Shown in pieces: positions 1 through 9,895 of a stretch of DNA of 64,000 nt; the first letter of the stretch is position 1; each line of letters opens with the position of its first letter. This stretch comes from an uncultured Pseudobdellovibrionaceae bacterium (lineage in GTDB: Bacteria > Bdellovibrionota > Bdellovibrionia > Bdellovibrionales > UBA1609): NCBI GenBank assembly GCA_963803705.1, contig CAWDNU010000004.1, positions 128,001-192,000 of the forward strand, given 5' to 3'. The position numbers were made by a program, and so were the translations under genes. The notes below the pieces were generated by a model. That model did not search any database. It was not told the origin of the DNA and saw only the letters and a program-made list of their open reading frames with translations.

Positions 1-2178
1 CTATGTATTCAGACTGCATCGATGTTGATATCAGAAGATCCAGAATATTCAAAATTAGCTTCAAGACTTCTTAATAGGTATATCCAAGAGGAAGTTGCTT
101 TACAGAATATTAGAAACTTTTCTGACTCAGTTAAAATCGGGTTTGAGCAAGGTCTTATTTCTGAAGAGAAATACAACTTTATCATCGAAAATAAAGAGGC
201 CTTAAACTTAATTGTTGCTCCACAAAGAAACGATCTATTTGAATATTTTGGCTTACGAACTGTCTACGATAGATATTTGTTAAAGCATCCCGAAAGCCGT
301 CACGTTGTCGAAACTCCTCAATATTTTTTCTTACGTGTGGCCTGCGGTCTAGCTAATGACTTTCAAGAAGCTAGAGAGATGTACGAGCTAATTTCTAGGT
401 TAGACTATATGCCTAGCTCCCCGACCCTCTTTAATTCAGCGACATTAAGACCTCAACTTTCTTCATGCTACCTTTTAGATAGCCCGGAAGACGGCTTGTC
501 TGAAATATACGACAAATATAAAGATATCGCTCTTCTATCTAAGTTTGCTGGCGGCATTGGTGTTTCTTTCAGCCGTGTTCGCTCGCGAGGATCTTTAATT
601 AAAGGAACAAATGGAAAGTCAAACGGCTTGATCCCTTGGTTAAAGACTTTGGACTCTTCAGTGTCTGCTGTGAACCAAGGTGGACGAAGAAAGGGTGCAG
701 CTTGTGTTTATTTAGAGTCTTGGCACGCCGACATCGAATCCTTTTTAGAGCTAAGAGACAATACCGGGGACGAAGCGCAAAGAGCACACAATATAAATTT
801 AGCCAACTGGATACCAGACTTATTCATGGAAAGAGTGAAAACAGATTCGATGTGGTCTTTATTTGATCCCAAAGTTATGCCCGAGCTTAACGATACTTTC
901 GGTGATCGCTTTAATGAAATATACTTGAAAGCAGAATTAGAAGAGCGCTTTGTGAAACAAGTTAAAGCCCGAGATCTATATACAAGGATGATGAAAACTT
1001 TAGCTCAAACCGGAAATGGTTGGATGACATTTAAAGATGCCAGCAACTTGAAATGTAATCAAACTGGCAAAGAGGGCAACGTTGTCCATTTATCTAACCT
1101 GTGTACTGAAATTCTAGAGGTAACATCTAAAGAGCAAACAGCTGTTTGTAACTTAGGCTCTGTGAATTTAGGTCAACACGTTGTTGACGGGGAATTTGAT
1201 TTTCAGAAACTATCAGAGACAGTTCTAACCGCAGTTAAATTTCTAGATCGTGTGATTGACATCAACTTTTATCCTATCGAATCCGCGAAATATTCCAACA
1301 ATCTATGGCGCCCAGTTGGTTTAGGTGTGATGGGGCTGCAAGATACTTTTTTTAGATTAGGTCTGAATTTTGACAGTTCTGAAGCCTTAGCCCTTTCTAA
1401 CAAAATCCAAGAAGAGATTTATTACAATGCCCTTCGTGCTTCTGTGGATTTAGCTAAAAGAGACGGTGCTCACAAACACTTTCCTCAAACTAGGGCTGCA
1501 AGCGGTGACCTGCAGTTTGATTTATGGAATATAAAGCCTGAGAATATGAAACGCTGGGATGAACTGAAAGTAAAAATTAAAGAGCACGGTTTAAGAAACT
1601 CTTTGATGATCGCCATCGCCCCAACTGCCACAATTGCTTCTATAACAGGTGTCTATGAAGCTATCGAGCCACAAGTTTCAAATTACTTTAAACGCGAAAC
1701 CTTGTCTGGTGAGTTTATTCAAATTAACAAATATTTAGTTGTAGAATTAAAAAAGATCGGACTTTGGACGGAAAGAGTAAAGCAGAAAATCAAAGAGTCT
1801 GAGGGTTCGATACAAGGTATAGCGGAAATTCCAGAGCGAATCCGTATGATTTACAGAACAGCTTGGGAGGTCCCAATGAAATCCTTAATTGATTTGGCAG
1901 CAGGACGAGGCCCTTTTATCGATCAATCCCAGTCTTTAAATTTATTTATGGAAAGTCCAACTATTGGGAAGCTGTCAAGTATGTATTTTTATGCTTGGGA
2001 GAGTGGAATTAAGACAACTTATTATTTAAGGTCCCGCCCAGCCACTAAAATCGCCAAGATCACCGCCGGCAGTAGCCACCTTGATGACGAAGAGATTGCT
2101 ACAACTAAAACATTTACCGAAAAAGAGGCTCTAGCCTGTTCTTTAGAAAATCCAGAAATTTGTGATGCCTGTCAGTAA
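1..2178 (+). CDS. nrdA: Ribonucleoside-diphosphate reductase class Ia alpha subunit (5'-partial; frame is open to the window edge)
   Basis: Motifs SSPTLFNS, LSSCYL, NQGGRRKG, SNLCTEI, AVCNLGS, APTATI, KTTYYLR and C-terminal CDAC. Frame 1 has no stop from base 1. Confidence 0.97.
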   Translation, partial: LCIQTASMLISEDPEYSKLASRLLNRYIQEEVALQNIRNFSDSVKIGFEQGLISEEKYNFIIENKEALNLIVAPQRNDLFEYFGLRTVYDRYLLKHPESRHVVETPQYFFLRVACGLANDFQEAREMYELISRLDYMPSSPTLFNSATLRPQLSSCYLLDSPEDGLSEIYDKYKDIALLSKFAGGIGVSFSRVRSRGSLIKGTNGKSNGLIPWLKTLDSSVSAVNQGGRRKGAACVYLESWHADIESFLELRDNTGDEAQRAHNINLANWIPDLFMERVKTDSMWSLFDPKVMPELNDTFGDRFNEIYLKAELEERFVKQVKARDLYTRMMKTLAQTGNGWMTFKDASNLKCNQTGKEGNVVHLSNLCTEILEVTSKEQTAVCNLGSVNLGQHVVDGEFDFQKLSETVLTAVKFLDRVIDINFYPIESAKYSNNLWRPVGLGVMGLQDTFFRLGLNFDSSEALALSNKIQEEIYYNALRASVDLAKRDGAHKHFPQTRAASGDLQFDLWNIKPENMKRWDELKVKIKEHGLRNSLMIAIAPTATIASITGVYEAIEPQVSNYFKRETLSGEFIQINKYLVVELKKIGLWTERVKQKIKESEGSIQGIAEIPERIRMIYRTAWEVPMKSLIDLAAGRGPFIDQSQSLNLFMESPTIGKLSSMYFYAWESGIKTTYYLRSRPATKIAKITAGSSHLDDEEIATTKTFTEKEALACSLENPEICDACQ

Positions 2179-2226
2179 GCAGCCAGAAGATTTAACGAAC
2201 AAGACCAACTAGAAGGAGATTACAAC

Positions 2227-3225
2227 ATGTTACTAGATCCAGGATTTGATCTTACACTTCGACCTATGAAATACCCTGTGTTTTTTGAAATGTATAAAAA
2301 TGCAATTAAAAATACTTGGACCGTAGATGAGGTCGATTTTACAAATGATATTAAAGATTTAAAAGAGAAAGTAACCAAGAGCGAACAGTTTTTGATTCAA
2401 AGATTAGTGGCTTTTTTTGCCACTGGCGACTCAATAGTAAGCAACAATTTAGTCTTAAATCTATATAAGCATATTAATTCACCTGAAGCTCGTTTGTATT
2501 TGTCTAGACAGCTTTATGAAGAGGCATTACATGTTCAATTTTATTTAACTCTTCTAGACACCTACATTCCAGACCATAAAGAACGTGAACAGGCTTTTTC
2601 TGCGATCCAGAATATTCCATCTATAAAAACTAAAGGTGATTTTTGCTTTAAATGGATGGATTCAATCAATAAAATTGATGAGATAAAAACTACTGAGGAT
2701 AGAAGAAAGTTTTTATTAAATATGATTTGTTTTGCAACTTGCATTGAAGGTTTATTCTTTTTTGCAGCGTTTGCATATGTGTATTTCTTAAGATCGAAAG
2801 GTTTACTAAACGGTCTTGCCTCTGGAACGAACTGGGTATTTAGGGATGAAAGTGCACACATGGAATTTGCCATGGAAGCCATTAGGATTGCTCGGGCTGA
2901 AGATCCTGAACTGATGGATGACCAGATGAAAAGCATGGTTGTAGAAATGTTAAAAGAAGCTATCGAATGTGAAATGCAGTTTGCTGAAGATGCATTGGGC
3001 CTGGGAATTGCCGGTCTATCTGCAAAGGACATGAGGACCTATTTAGAATTTATTGCCGATCAACGCTTAGGAATGTTAAGTTTACCTAAAGTGTTTGGTT
3101 CTAAAAATCCATTTCCGTTTATGGATTTACAGGATACCCAAGAGCTTGCGAACTTCTTCGAACGTCGAGTATCAGCTTACCAAGTTGGCGTCACCGGCGA
3201 AGTTAGCTTCGATGAAGCTTTCTAA
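2227..3225 (+). CDS. nrdB: Ribonucleoside-diphosphate reductase class Ia beta subunit
   Basis: Di-iron ligands in FATGD, EEALH, IEG and RDESAH. Radical Tyr retained (HVQFY). C-terminal NFFERRVSAY. AAGGAG RBS. Confidence 0.97.
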   Translation: MLLDPGFDLTLRPMKYPVFFEMYKNAIKNTWTVDEVDFTNDIKDLKEKVTKSEQFLIQRLVAFFATGDSIVSNNLVLNLYKHINSPEARLYLSRQLYEEALHVQFYLTLLDTYIPDHKEREQAFSAIQNIPSIKTKGDFCFKWMDSINKIDEIKTTEDRRKFLLNMICFATCIEGLFFFAAFAYVYFLRSKGLLNGLASGTNWVFRDESAHMEFAMEAIRIARAEDPELMDDQMKSMVVEMLKEAIECEMQFAEDALGLGIAGLSAKDMRTYLEFIADQRLGMLSLPKVFGSKNPFPFMDLQDTQELANFFERRVSAYQVGVTGEVSFDEAF

Positions 3226-3234
3226 ATAGTTTAT

Positions 3235-3265
3235 AAAAAGGCGTTACCTGCGGTAATGCCTTTTT
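3235..3265. terminator. Intrinsic, probably bidirectional, terminator
   Basis: AAAAAGGCGTTACC-TGC-GGTAATGCCTTTTT hairpin between convergent genes. Confidence 0.85.
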
Positions 3266-3337
3266 ATCTCTACCCCTCTTAATTACGTACTCTTAGTTTT
3301 TACTATAAGATTTCAAATTAATACTTTCTGATTTTAA

Positions 3338-4126
3338 CTAAAATTTTCGTTTGGATGGAAGGCGTTCTTGCAAGCCTTTATTAGCGTTAATTTTTTGTGG
3401 AACTCTTAGCCTTTGCGGTTGCCCTGCTTTAAAATCTTTATTCAACCAAACTATTCTTATGTTTTCTGGCACAATAAAGCTGTTCTGAGTCTTAATATTC
3501 ATTAAAGTTTTAAAGTGGCGACTTTCAGTTAAAGGGTTTAGATCCGTAACCTCTACTTTTTCAACAACAAAATCATATCCATATTGGTTCAATGCTTCGG
3601 TCACATCAGAAAAAACGCCTTTCACTTGAACCACTTTCTTTATAAATTTAGATGGAAACTTTGCAAATTTTTTGTCCTTTATACCAGACCGTTTAGACCG
3701 CGAATATCTGTTCCATAATTTAGACTGACTCATCATTTTGGCTAGTCTCATCTCTGCTTGAGGGTCATCTTTTGTCGTAACTCGTGCGTATTTAATTTTT
3801 AGATTGCAAGAATCACTTAAGGTTCTAGCCATTGCCTTCAGCATAGGTTTGATAAACTTTCTATTTAAAGATTCGCAAACCTGTCTATGAGTTAAAATGC
3901 CAGAGGTCACTGTCCAATCAGCACGGCACCCTTCCATTTCGCCTTGAACATTGCACATAAGGGGGTCTGTTTTTCCAGAGTAGACAGAAAAAGTCGGGCT
4001 AGCGGGCTTTATCTTAGCAACTTCAGTAGTTTGACAAGATATCGAATTAAATAGAAAAAGGACAGTTAGGCATAGCCAACCCGTGCTATTAAAAAGACTA
4101 AAATTTAGATCTAGAATTGATTTCAT
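3338..4126 (-). CDS. Hypothetical exported protein, possible lipoprotein
   Basis: 262-aa ORF with a hydrophobic N-terminus ending NSISC. No family recognised. Confidence 0.7.
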   Translation of the reverse strand: MKSILDLNFSLFNSTGWLCLTVLFLFNSISCQTTEVAKIKPASPTFSVYSGKTDPLMCNVQGEMEGCRADWTVTSGILTHRQVCESLNRKFIKPMLKAMARTLSDSCNLKIKYARVTTKDDPQAEMRLAKMMSQSKLWNRYSRSKRSGIKDKKFAKFPSKFIKKVVQVKGVFSDVTEALNQYGYDFVVEKVEVTDLNPLTESRHFKTLMNIKTQNSFIVPENIRIVWLNKDFKAGQPQRLRVPQKINANKGLQERLPSKRKF

Positions 4127-4282
4127 TTTAAGAACTCCTGAAGATAGAATAGACTGAAACTTAACTTACATAAGTTTAAGAGAATCCCTGAGATAGGCTA
4201 CGATTAACTCACCATGGCATAGTGAGCCTTTGTCCTATAGAATATATTACATCCATTACACTCTATTGTGTATAAGTTAAAA

Positions 4283-5104
4283 ATGAAAATCAAAAAATTT
4301 TTACTGGCATTAAAAGGAGAGCTTGAAGCAGATCAGACATTCACAGGGGCGGCAGCTCTTTCGTACTATCTACTTTTAGCGACTTTTCCTGCAGCTATTG
4401 CGCTACTTTCGATAATTTCTTTTCTTCCCATTGAAAACGTCGAAAAAATTTTTATTGAGCTTGTGCGGTCAAATATGCCAGGCAGCTCCGGCGAAATTAT
4501 TGCTACTAATCTTAAACAAATTATAACCAAGAAGTCCACGGGGATGTTATCTTTTGGATTTCTAGCAGCTTTTTGGGCGGCCTCTAGTGGAATGGCCGCT
4601 ATCATCCAACAGTTAAATGTGTCTTATGATATTAAAGAAAATGAATCTTTTTTGATAGTGAGATTAAGATCTTTATTTCTCATTATTACGTACATCATAC
4701 TCATCGGCTTAAGCACCTTTGCTGCATTTCGAGGTACAGACGTAATAAATAGTTATTTCCCCCCATTTAATAGCTTGCAAATATATCTGGTCACTTCAAT
4801 TAACTACTTTTTTTCGTTTTTAATTACGCTTTTAGCTTTGGCCATTCTTTATTTTGTTGGCCCCAAAGGAGAAAGAGAGTTTGAGTATATAACTCCTGGA
4901 AGCATAGCTGGAGCCTTTCTATTAATTCTTGCAACTATCTGTTTTGATTTTTATGTTTCAAACTTCGGGAATTACCAATCTACTTATGGCAGTCTGGGCG
5001 GGATTATCGCCTATATGCTGTGGCTTTACATTGCTGGATTTATTATCTTGTTTGGCGCTCAAATTAATTCGCTGTACAAAAAATTTAATCATCAAGCAGT
5101 TTAG
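4283..5104 (+). CDS. YihY/virulence factor BrkB family membrane protein
   Basis: AAALSYYLLLATFP, WAASSG, YQSTYGSLGGII and LWLY..FIILFGA motifs; about 6 TM helices. Confidence 0.92.
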   Translation: MKIKKFLLALKGELEADQTFTGAAALSYYLLLATFPAAIALLSIISFLPIENVEKIFIELVRSNMPGSSGEIIATNLKQIITKKSTGMLSFGFLAAFWAASSGMAAIIQQLNVSYDIKENESFLIVRLRSLFLIITYIILIGLSTFAAFRGTDVINSYFPPFNSLQIYLVTSINYFFSFLITLLALAILYFVGPKGEREFEYITPGSIAGAFLLILATICFDFYVSNFGNYQSTYGSLGGIIAYMLWLYIAGFIILFGAQINSLYKKFNHQAV

Positions 5105-5184
5105 GATTTAAAGGCTGTGAGTTAATCAAAACTACTCACTGCCATCTATGACTTACCAGCGTCATTGTGTGATACAGTTTTAAT

Positions 5185-6639
5185 TTACCAATATACAGAA
5201 CTTGGGTCGTAAAGCTCTATATCTAGCCGTTGTTCTAAACTAAGATCGTCGACAAGGTCATTAACTCCCTTTCTTTTTTTTAGTGCGGCAGATGTTTTAG
5301 TTGGCACCCAGCCATAAATCTGATTTTCTCGCCAAGCTTTTTTGCTGCGGCCAAATCCCCACTGAATTCCCAAATAAGTTGCAGGGTCTCGACCGTCTAA
5401 ACTTAAGCGATCGTTCATATAGATGGCAAAGCTCCAAGCATCTTCGGGGGATTGGGTCCACTTTAAAAATTGCTTCACCCAATACATTCTAAAATTATTA
5501 TGCATCCATCCATGATTTAAAAATTGAATTTGAGCTGCGTTCCAAATTGGATCTTCGGTTTCGGCAAATAAGAGCTGGTCTAATCTATATACATTTAAAC
5601 GAGGATCCGCTCGATGCTCATCAAGTGTATTATAGGCCCATACAGGTATAGACTTTATATCGGTTGGAGAAAGCTCAGAATTTGCTATCTGGTGAAATGC
5701 AAATTCACGCCACACTAAAAGTTCATCTTTGAATTTCCACGATGCAGAAGCAGAAATTTCAGCCTTATCAATAGCCCTGACTATTTCATGAGGCGAGATG
5801 ATGCCATAATGAATGTAGGGCGATAGCCCCGAGGTCGATTCACTTAGTGCCGGATTATTTCGAATCCATTTGTAGGGCTTCACAATTTTATCAACCGCTC
5901 GCTCTAACAGTTTCAACCCAGCTTCTCGACGTCCATTCCAATCATTCAGCTCAGGTAGAGAGTGATCAACCATGCAGTTCTCCACAATTTTAGAAATAGA
6001 TGAGCCTTTAGCGATTAAGGTGCTGTTAGTTTTATTGTTGATATGATCTGTCTTAGTCACCTTATTTTTGATTTTAGAATCAAACTTCAGCTCAAGATAT
6101 CGTGGCCGAAGATCCCGATGTGCGGCTCTAAATTGCGGTGTGGTTAAAATATTAGAATCGATTGCTGTTGTCGGTACTAAGCATAAGGTTTGAACTAGAG
6201 TCATTTTTACGCGGCATGGAAGAAGAAAGTTATCCTCTATAATTTTAGCCCAATTTAAAGGAATAGTATCTGCGTAAACCGAACAGGCATTAGCCTCAAG
6301 TATAAAAGCCAATCGCTCTAAATCCGATTCACTATTTGCCACAAATCTAATAAACCCTAAGCCCATAGATACTGCATTATCTTCAAGTGATTTAGAAGCC
6401 TCAAAAATAAATGTGTGGAATCTCGCAGAAGGAAACGGATAAAAATTAGAGATCAAGTGAACTAAAATTAATTTTTTACCCAACTTATTTGCCTCTAAAA
6501 TCCCCAACTCGATGGCGGCATTATCATTAGTGCGAAGAGTATGTTGAAGTATCACATATATATAATCTCGACTTGGTCGAACTCGGTGGTTATTTTTGGT
6601 TCCGACCATATCTCGCAGCCTGACTGACGTCATATTCAA
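5185..6639 (-). CDS. Class II CPD photolyase-like protein (divergent)
   Basis: LRTNDNAA, SGLSPYIHYG, WNAAQ, GWMHNNFRMYW and LSLDGRDP motifs typical of class II photolyases. 4-bp overlap with the upstream gene. Confidence 0.85.
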   Translation of the reverse strand: MNMTSVRLRDMVGTKNNHRVRPSRDYIYVILQHTLRTNDNAAIELGILEANKLGKKLILVHLISNFYPFPSARFHTFIFEASKSLEDNAVSMGLGFIRFVANSESDLERLAFILEANACSVYADTIPLNWAKIIEDNFLLPCRVKMTLVQTLCLVPTTAIDSNILTTPQFRAAHRDLRPRYLELKFDSKIKNKVTKTDHINNKTNSTLIAKGSSISKIVENCMVDHSLPELNDWNGRREAGLKLLERAVDKIVKPYKWIRNNPALSESTSGLSPYIHYGIISPHEIVRAIDKAEISASASWKFKDELLVWREFAFHQIANSELSPTDIKSIPVWAYNTLDEHRADPRLNVYRLDQLLFAETEDPIWNAAQIQFLNHGWMHNNFRMYWVKQFLKWTQSPEDAWSFAIYMNDRLSLDGRDPATYLGIQWGFGRSKKAWRENQIYGWVPTKTSAALKKRKGVNDLVDDLSLEQRLDIELYDPSSVYW

Positions 6640-8162
6640 GACTCCTTTTTAGCAGCTCTAGCTTTTCTTTTTGTAACCGGTCCCTTCCTGGAGCCATGTC
6701 GTTGATACACCTCTGCAGAAGCAGCTTTGCCTTCTGTCGTTGATTTTAATGAGTAATATTTAGACCTAAATTCGCTAACGGATTCTCGCCAGTCTACAAT
6801 AGGTTTGATGTATGCTCTTGTCTTTTCTGTCTGATGGTCAACGATAACTTTAGGGTCGGCTGATCGAAGTTCTGGAACCCAAGTTTTTATAAATTTAGCT
6901 TCAGGATCGTGGTCCGCAATTTGTTTGCCAGGGTTGTAAGTTCTAAGAGTATTTATTCCTGCCATTCCAGCTTGCATTTGAAGCTGTGAAATTTGAATAC
7001 CTGGTTCAAGATCGGTCCACCAGCTAGACATTGGAAAGTTAATCTTTTTCCAATCTAATCCTAAAGCATGACAGGCCACTGAAGTGATCATCGACCTCAT
7101 TCTAAAATTTAGAAATCCAGTCTGTTTAGCGCATCTGATACAGGCGTCAACCAGGGGGAAGCCAGTTTGACCAGTAAGCCAAGCCTTTAGAGTTTGAGGT
7201 GACTCGTTAAATTCTAGGTTTTCAAAAATTTTGTTCATAGGTTGGGATTCCATTTCAGGTTCAGTCTCTAGGCGCTGAATAAAGTGATCTCTCCAACTGA
7301 TACGACCTTTAAATGAGTTTAAGGATCGTCGCCAAAGCCCCGCACCGGGTTCGTCAGAGAAAAGAAGTTCATCCATTCTCCAACCTACCCTTGAAATCAA
7401 ATGTCTTGGACTTAAAGTGCCCCAAGCTAGGTGAACTGATAACCTAGAGCCAGCTACAAAGGCTGTATTTGGCGAGCTGATTCCCCCGCTGTAAGCCACC
7501 CCTCTTTCGTATAGAAAGCTTTCAAGATCCTTGAAAGCATCGGTCTCAGAAACAGATTGTACGGATGGGCTAACATTTTTGAATTTTTGAAAACCCAAAG
7601 AATCTAAGGTTAAGTTAATTACACCCAAGATCTTCAAATTTGGAACTATAGATAGGGCGTCACAATAAATAAGCTTATCAAAATCGATTGTAGCTTCCTT
7701 GTCATAAAACCAAGCCTTCCAGTATTTTGAACGGTCATCTCTATTTTGCAAACGCCTTATGACCCCTGTCTGAGGAAGCTCAGTCATTTTAGTCGAGTTC
7801 ATTTCACACCAGACCCTAACGTCGAGGTCACGCTGGAAGGTTCTTTTAAAACCTATCTCTTCATGACTGACAAGCTCTTCAATCTGATACGACTGCGATA
7901 TAATTTCGAGACCGTTAATAACTTCGTCATAGACAACAGAAAGCTTGCCGCCCCGTCTTTGTAACGACTTGTAAAGATCCCTGGCAGCTGTGATCCATGA
8001 ATGGACGTGGCGGCTAGAAGTTTCAGGTGCCTCGATCGATGATGGCTCAAAAAAGAATATTGGTAACACCTTAAGGCCTGAATCTAGGCAATGTAAAAGT
8101 GCGGGGTTGTCATGCAGTCTAAAGTCTTTTTTAATCCACCAGATAACAACTTTTTCTTTCAT
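6636..8162 (-). CDS. Cryptochrome/photolyase family FAD protein (ssDNA-photolyase/VcCry2-like clade, tentative)
   Basis: KKDFRLHDN, SRLSVHLAWG, WRDHFIQ, GQTGFPLVDAC, NFRMRSM, EPGIQISQLQMQAG and HGSRK motifs. Start could be 8198 or 8162. Confidence 0.88.
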   Translation of the reverse strand: MKEKVVIWWIKKDFRLHDNPALLHCLDSGLKVLPIFFFEPSSIEAPETSSRHVHSWITAARDLYKSLQRRGGKLSVVYDEVINGLEIISQSYQIEELVSHEEIGFKRTFQRDLDVRVWCEMNSTKMTELPQTGVIRRLQNRDDRSKYWKAWFYDKEATIDFDKLIYCDALSIVPNLKILGVINLTLDSLGFQKFKNVSPSVQSVSETDAFKDLESFLYERGVAYSGGISSPNTAFVAGSRLSVHLAWGTLSPRHLISRVGWRMDELLFSDEPGAGLWRRSLNSFKGRISWRDHFIQRLETEPEMESQPMNKIFENLEFNESPQTLKAWLTGQTGFPLVDACIRCAKQTGFLNFRMRSMITSVACHALGLDWKKINFPMSSWWTDLEPGIQISQLQMQAGMAGINTLRTYNPGKQIADHDPEAKFIKTWVPELRSADPKVIVDHQTEKTRAYIKPIVDWRESVSEFRSKYYSLKSTTEGKAASAEVYQRHGSRKGPVTKRKARAAKKES

Positions 8163-8297
8163 GACTTCAATTCCTATTTTAAAATCACAATCTGTCATTC
8201 GCTGTGTGCAAGTCGGTGGATATAATATGTCGAATTACCAAGCCGACTGTGGGGCAAGATTTATGTTGATTGCGCTCCTGATAAACTGCCCATCAGT

Positions 8298-8504
8298 TCA
8301 TAAATGCCTATTAGATATAATCCAAATTTCGTTGTGATTGTTTGAGAGAATAAAATAAGCCTCGGAACTTTCAGATACCGAATGAGCGTCCAAGACCTTA
8401 TAAGACCTATCTTCGCTAAACTCATCATCTAAAAGCAAAGGTGTTGGAGCCTTTTCACACTGGGAAACTGTAACCAATAGATCATTACTTAAATTAATAG
8501 ACAC
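8298..8504 (-). CDS. Small hypothetical protein, possibly truncated
   Basis: 68-aa ORF with GTG start and a GAGG RBS. Protein-like composition (SESSEAYFILSN..EIWIISNRH). Confidence 0.55.
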   Translation of the reverse strand: MSINLSNDLLVTVSQCEKAPTPLLLDDEFSEDRSYKVLDAHSVSESSEAYFILSNNHNEIWIISNRHL

Positions 8505-8559
8505 TAAAGATTTCCTCGTGAGCGAACTTCAGCTGGATTCAAATATTGGTTATAGTTTA

Positions 8560-8820
8560 TTATTTCTTCAGATTTTTACCTCTAACGAGCTCCAGAACAA
8601 ACAGTAATGCAATAGCTCCAATCACCGAAGCAATAAAACTTACTGCATCCCCTGTCTCGTACAGGCCTAGTGCTCCGCCAACGAAACCGGCGACTAGAGC
8701 TCCTACAATGCCCACAATCGTGGTCATAATGAAACCCATGCTATCGTCACCTGGCTTTATAGCCCGAGCAATCAAACCTGCTAAAAATCCAATTAAAATC
8801 ATCCATATAAAAGCCATCAT
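8560..8820 (-). CDS. GlsB/YeaQ/YmgE family transglycosylase-associated membrane protein
   Basis: IGFLAGLIARAIKPG, TIVGIVGALVAG and SVIGAIALL motifs. AAGGAG RBS. Confidence 0.93.
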   Translation of the reverse strand: MMAFIWMILIGFLAGLIARAIKPGDDSMGFIMTTIVGIVGALVAGFVGGALGLYETGDAVSFIASVIGAIALLFVLELVRGKNLKK

Positions 8821-9305
8821 TTGAGTTCTCCTTGGTATTACGAATAAATGTCATCTTAAAGATTAGTACTAAGTCCAAGTTTAGATTATAACAGTTGAAA
8901 TTATTTAATTTAAAATGTTATCTTGTAGCTAAATCTAAACAATTTGATTTTTGTCAACTTTACCTATGTTATTTCCCATACTTTCAATTGCCAAGTAGCT
9001 TTATACCATCAATTAAATTTTCATCAGCCACGTTATATTCTTTTAGTTGGGTCGGTGCTGCCTTTGTCTGTATGTGATCTAGAGCCTATATTCTTAAAAG
9101 CAATAAAACATTATTTATTTATATAGCCGCTTCTAGTTTAAAATTAAGATCCTAAGCCGATAAATTTCAATCAGCGATCAGTGTTCAAATTGCTTGATGC
9201 GTCTAACTGGTTGCGCCCCAATAAGTCTAATTGCACAGTCTAACCTGGGTAAAATTTTTTATCCAGGTTACGTTTATCAAAAACCACAAACATAGGAGAT
9301 TACTC

Positions 9306-9773
9306 ATGGGAATATTTGATTTTGGAAAATCTGTAGGAGAGGCATTATTTGGGTCCAATGAAACTGACAATAAAGAAAGAGAGGCTAAGATTCAAACTTA
9401 CGTAAAAAGTTTAGACCTTAAAGTTGAAGATCTTGAAACAGATGTCGATGGTTCGAATGTATCAATCAAAGGCACGTGTCCTAGCCCAGCTGATAGAGAA
9501 AAGTTGATTTTAGCGGTTGGAAACGTTGAGGGAATTGAAAAGGTTGATGACAAGATAGAGGTTGAAAAAAAAGTAGAGAGCCAAAGTGAACCTACATTTT
9601 ATACTGTAAAGTCAGGTGACACTCTGTCAAAAATTTCTCAGAAGTACTATGACGACCCAGCAAAATATGACGTCATCTTTCAGGCTAATAGACCTATGCT
9701 TAAAGATCCAAACGAAATTTACCCTGGACAAGCATTAAGAATTCCAAATACTGAATCTCAAGTTAGAGCCTAA
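9306..9773 (+). CDS. BON-LysM peptidoglycan/K+-binding protein (Kbp/YgaU family)
   Basis: MGIFDF..GE N-terminus, BON domain (EKLILAVGNVEGIEKVDD), LysM (YTVKSGDTLSKIS..YY...IFQAN...IYPGQALRIP). AGGAG RBS before ATG 9306. Confidence 0.93.
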   Translation: MGIFDFGKSVGEALFGSNETDNKEREAKIQTYVKSLDLKVEDLETDVDGSNVSIKGTCPSPADREKLILAVGNVEGIEKVDDKIEVEKKVESQSEPTFYTVKSGDTLSKISQKYYDDPAKYDVIFQANRPMLKDPNEIYPGQALRIPNTESQVRA

Positions 9774-9895
9774 GCAAGTTGAGAGATAGGCAGAACGATA
9801 ATCTTTAAGCTGGCTATCTCAATTCTTTATTCTCAATCACAGTCAGTAAATGTAATTCAGCTCTCCTAAAATTCTGGCGACAGCAAAACTAATGT

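Noticed and set aside
2562..3032. Long antisense or overlapping ORFs (also 13545-13922, 15788-16264, 20936-21337, 62569-63090 and others)
   Set aside because: They are shadows of well-supported genes on the opposite strand, with no RBS or recognisable motifs.
2227..3225. Class Ic or Ie (tyrosyl-radical-free or metal-free) RNR beta subunit
   Set aside because: The radical Tyr, the first Asp ligand and the Glu/His ligands are present, so it is ordinary class Ia.
8895..9126. Two 60-aa TTG-start ORFs in the AT-rich intergenic region
   Set aside because: No RBS, atypical composition and mutually overlapping; likely spurious.
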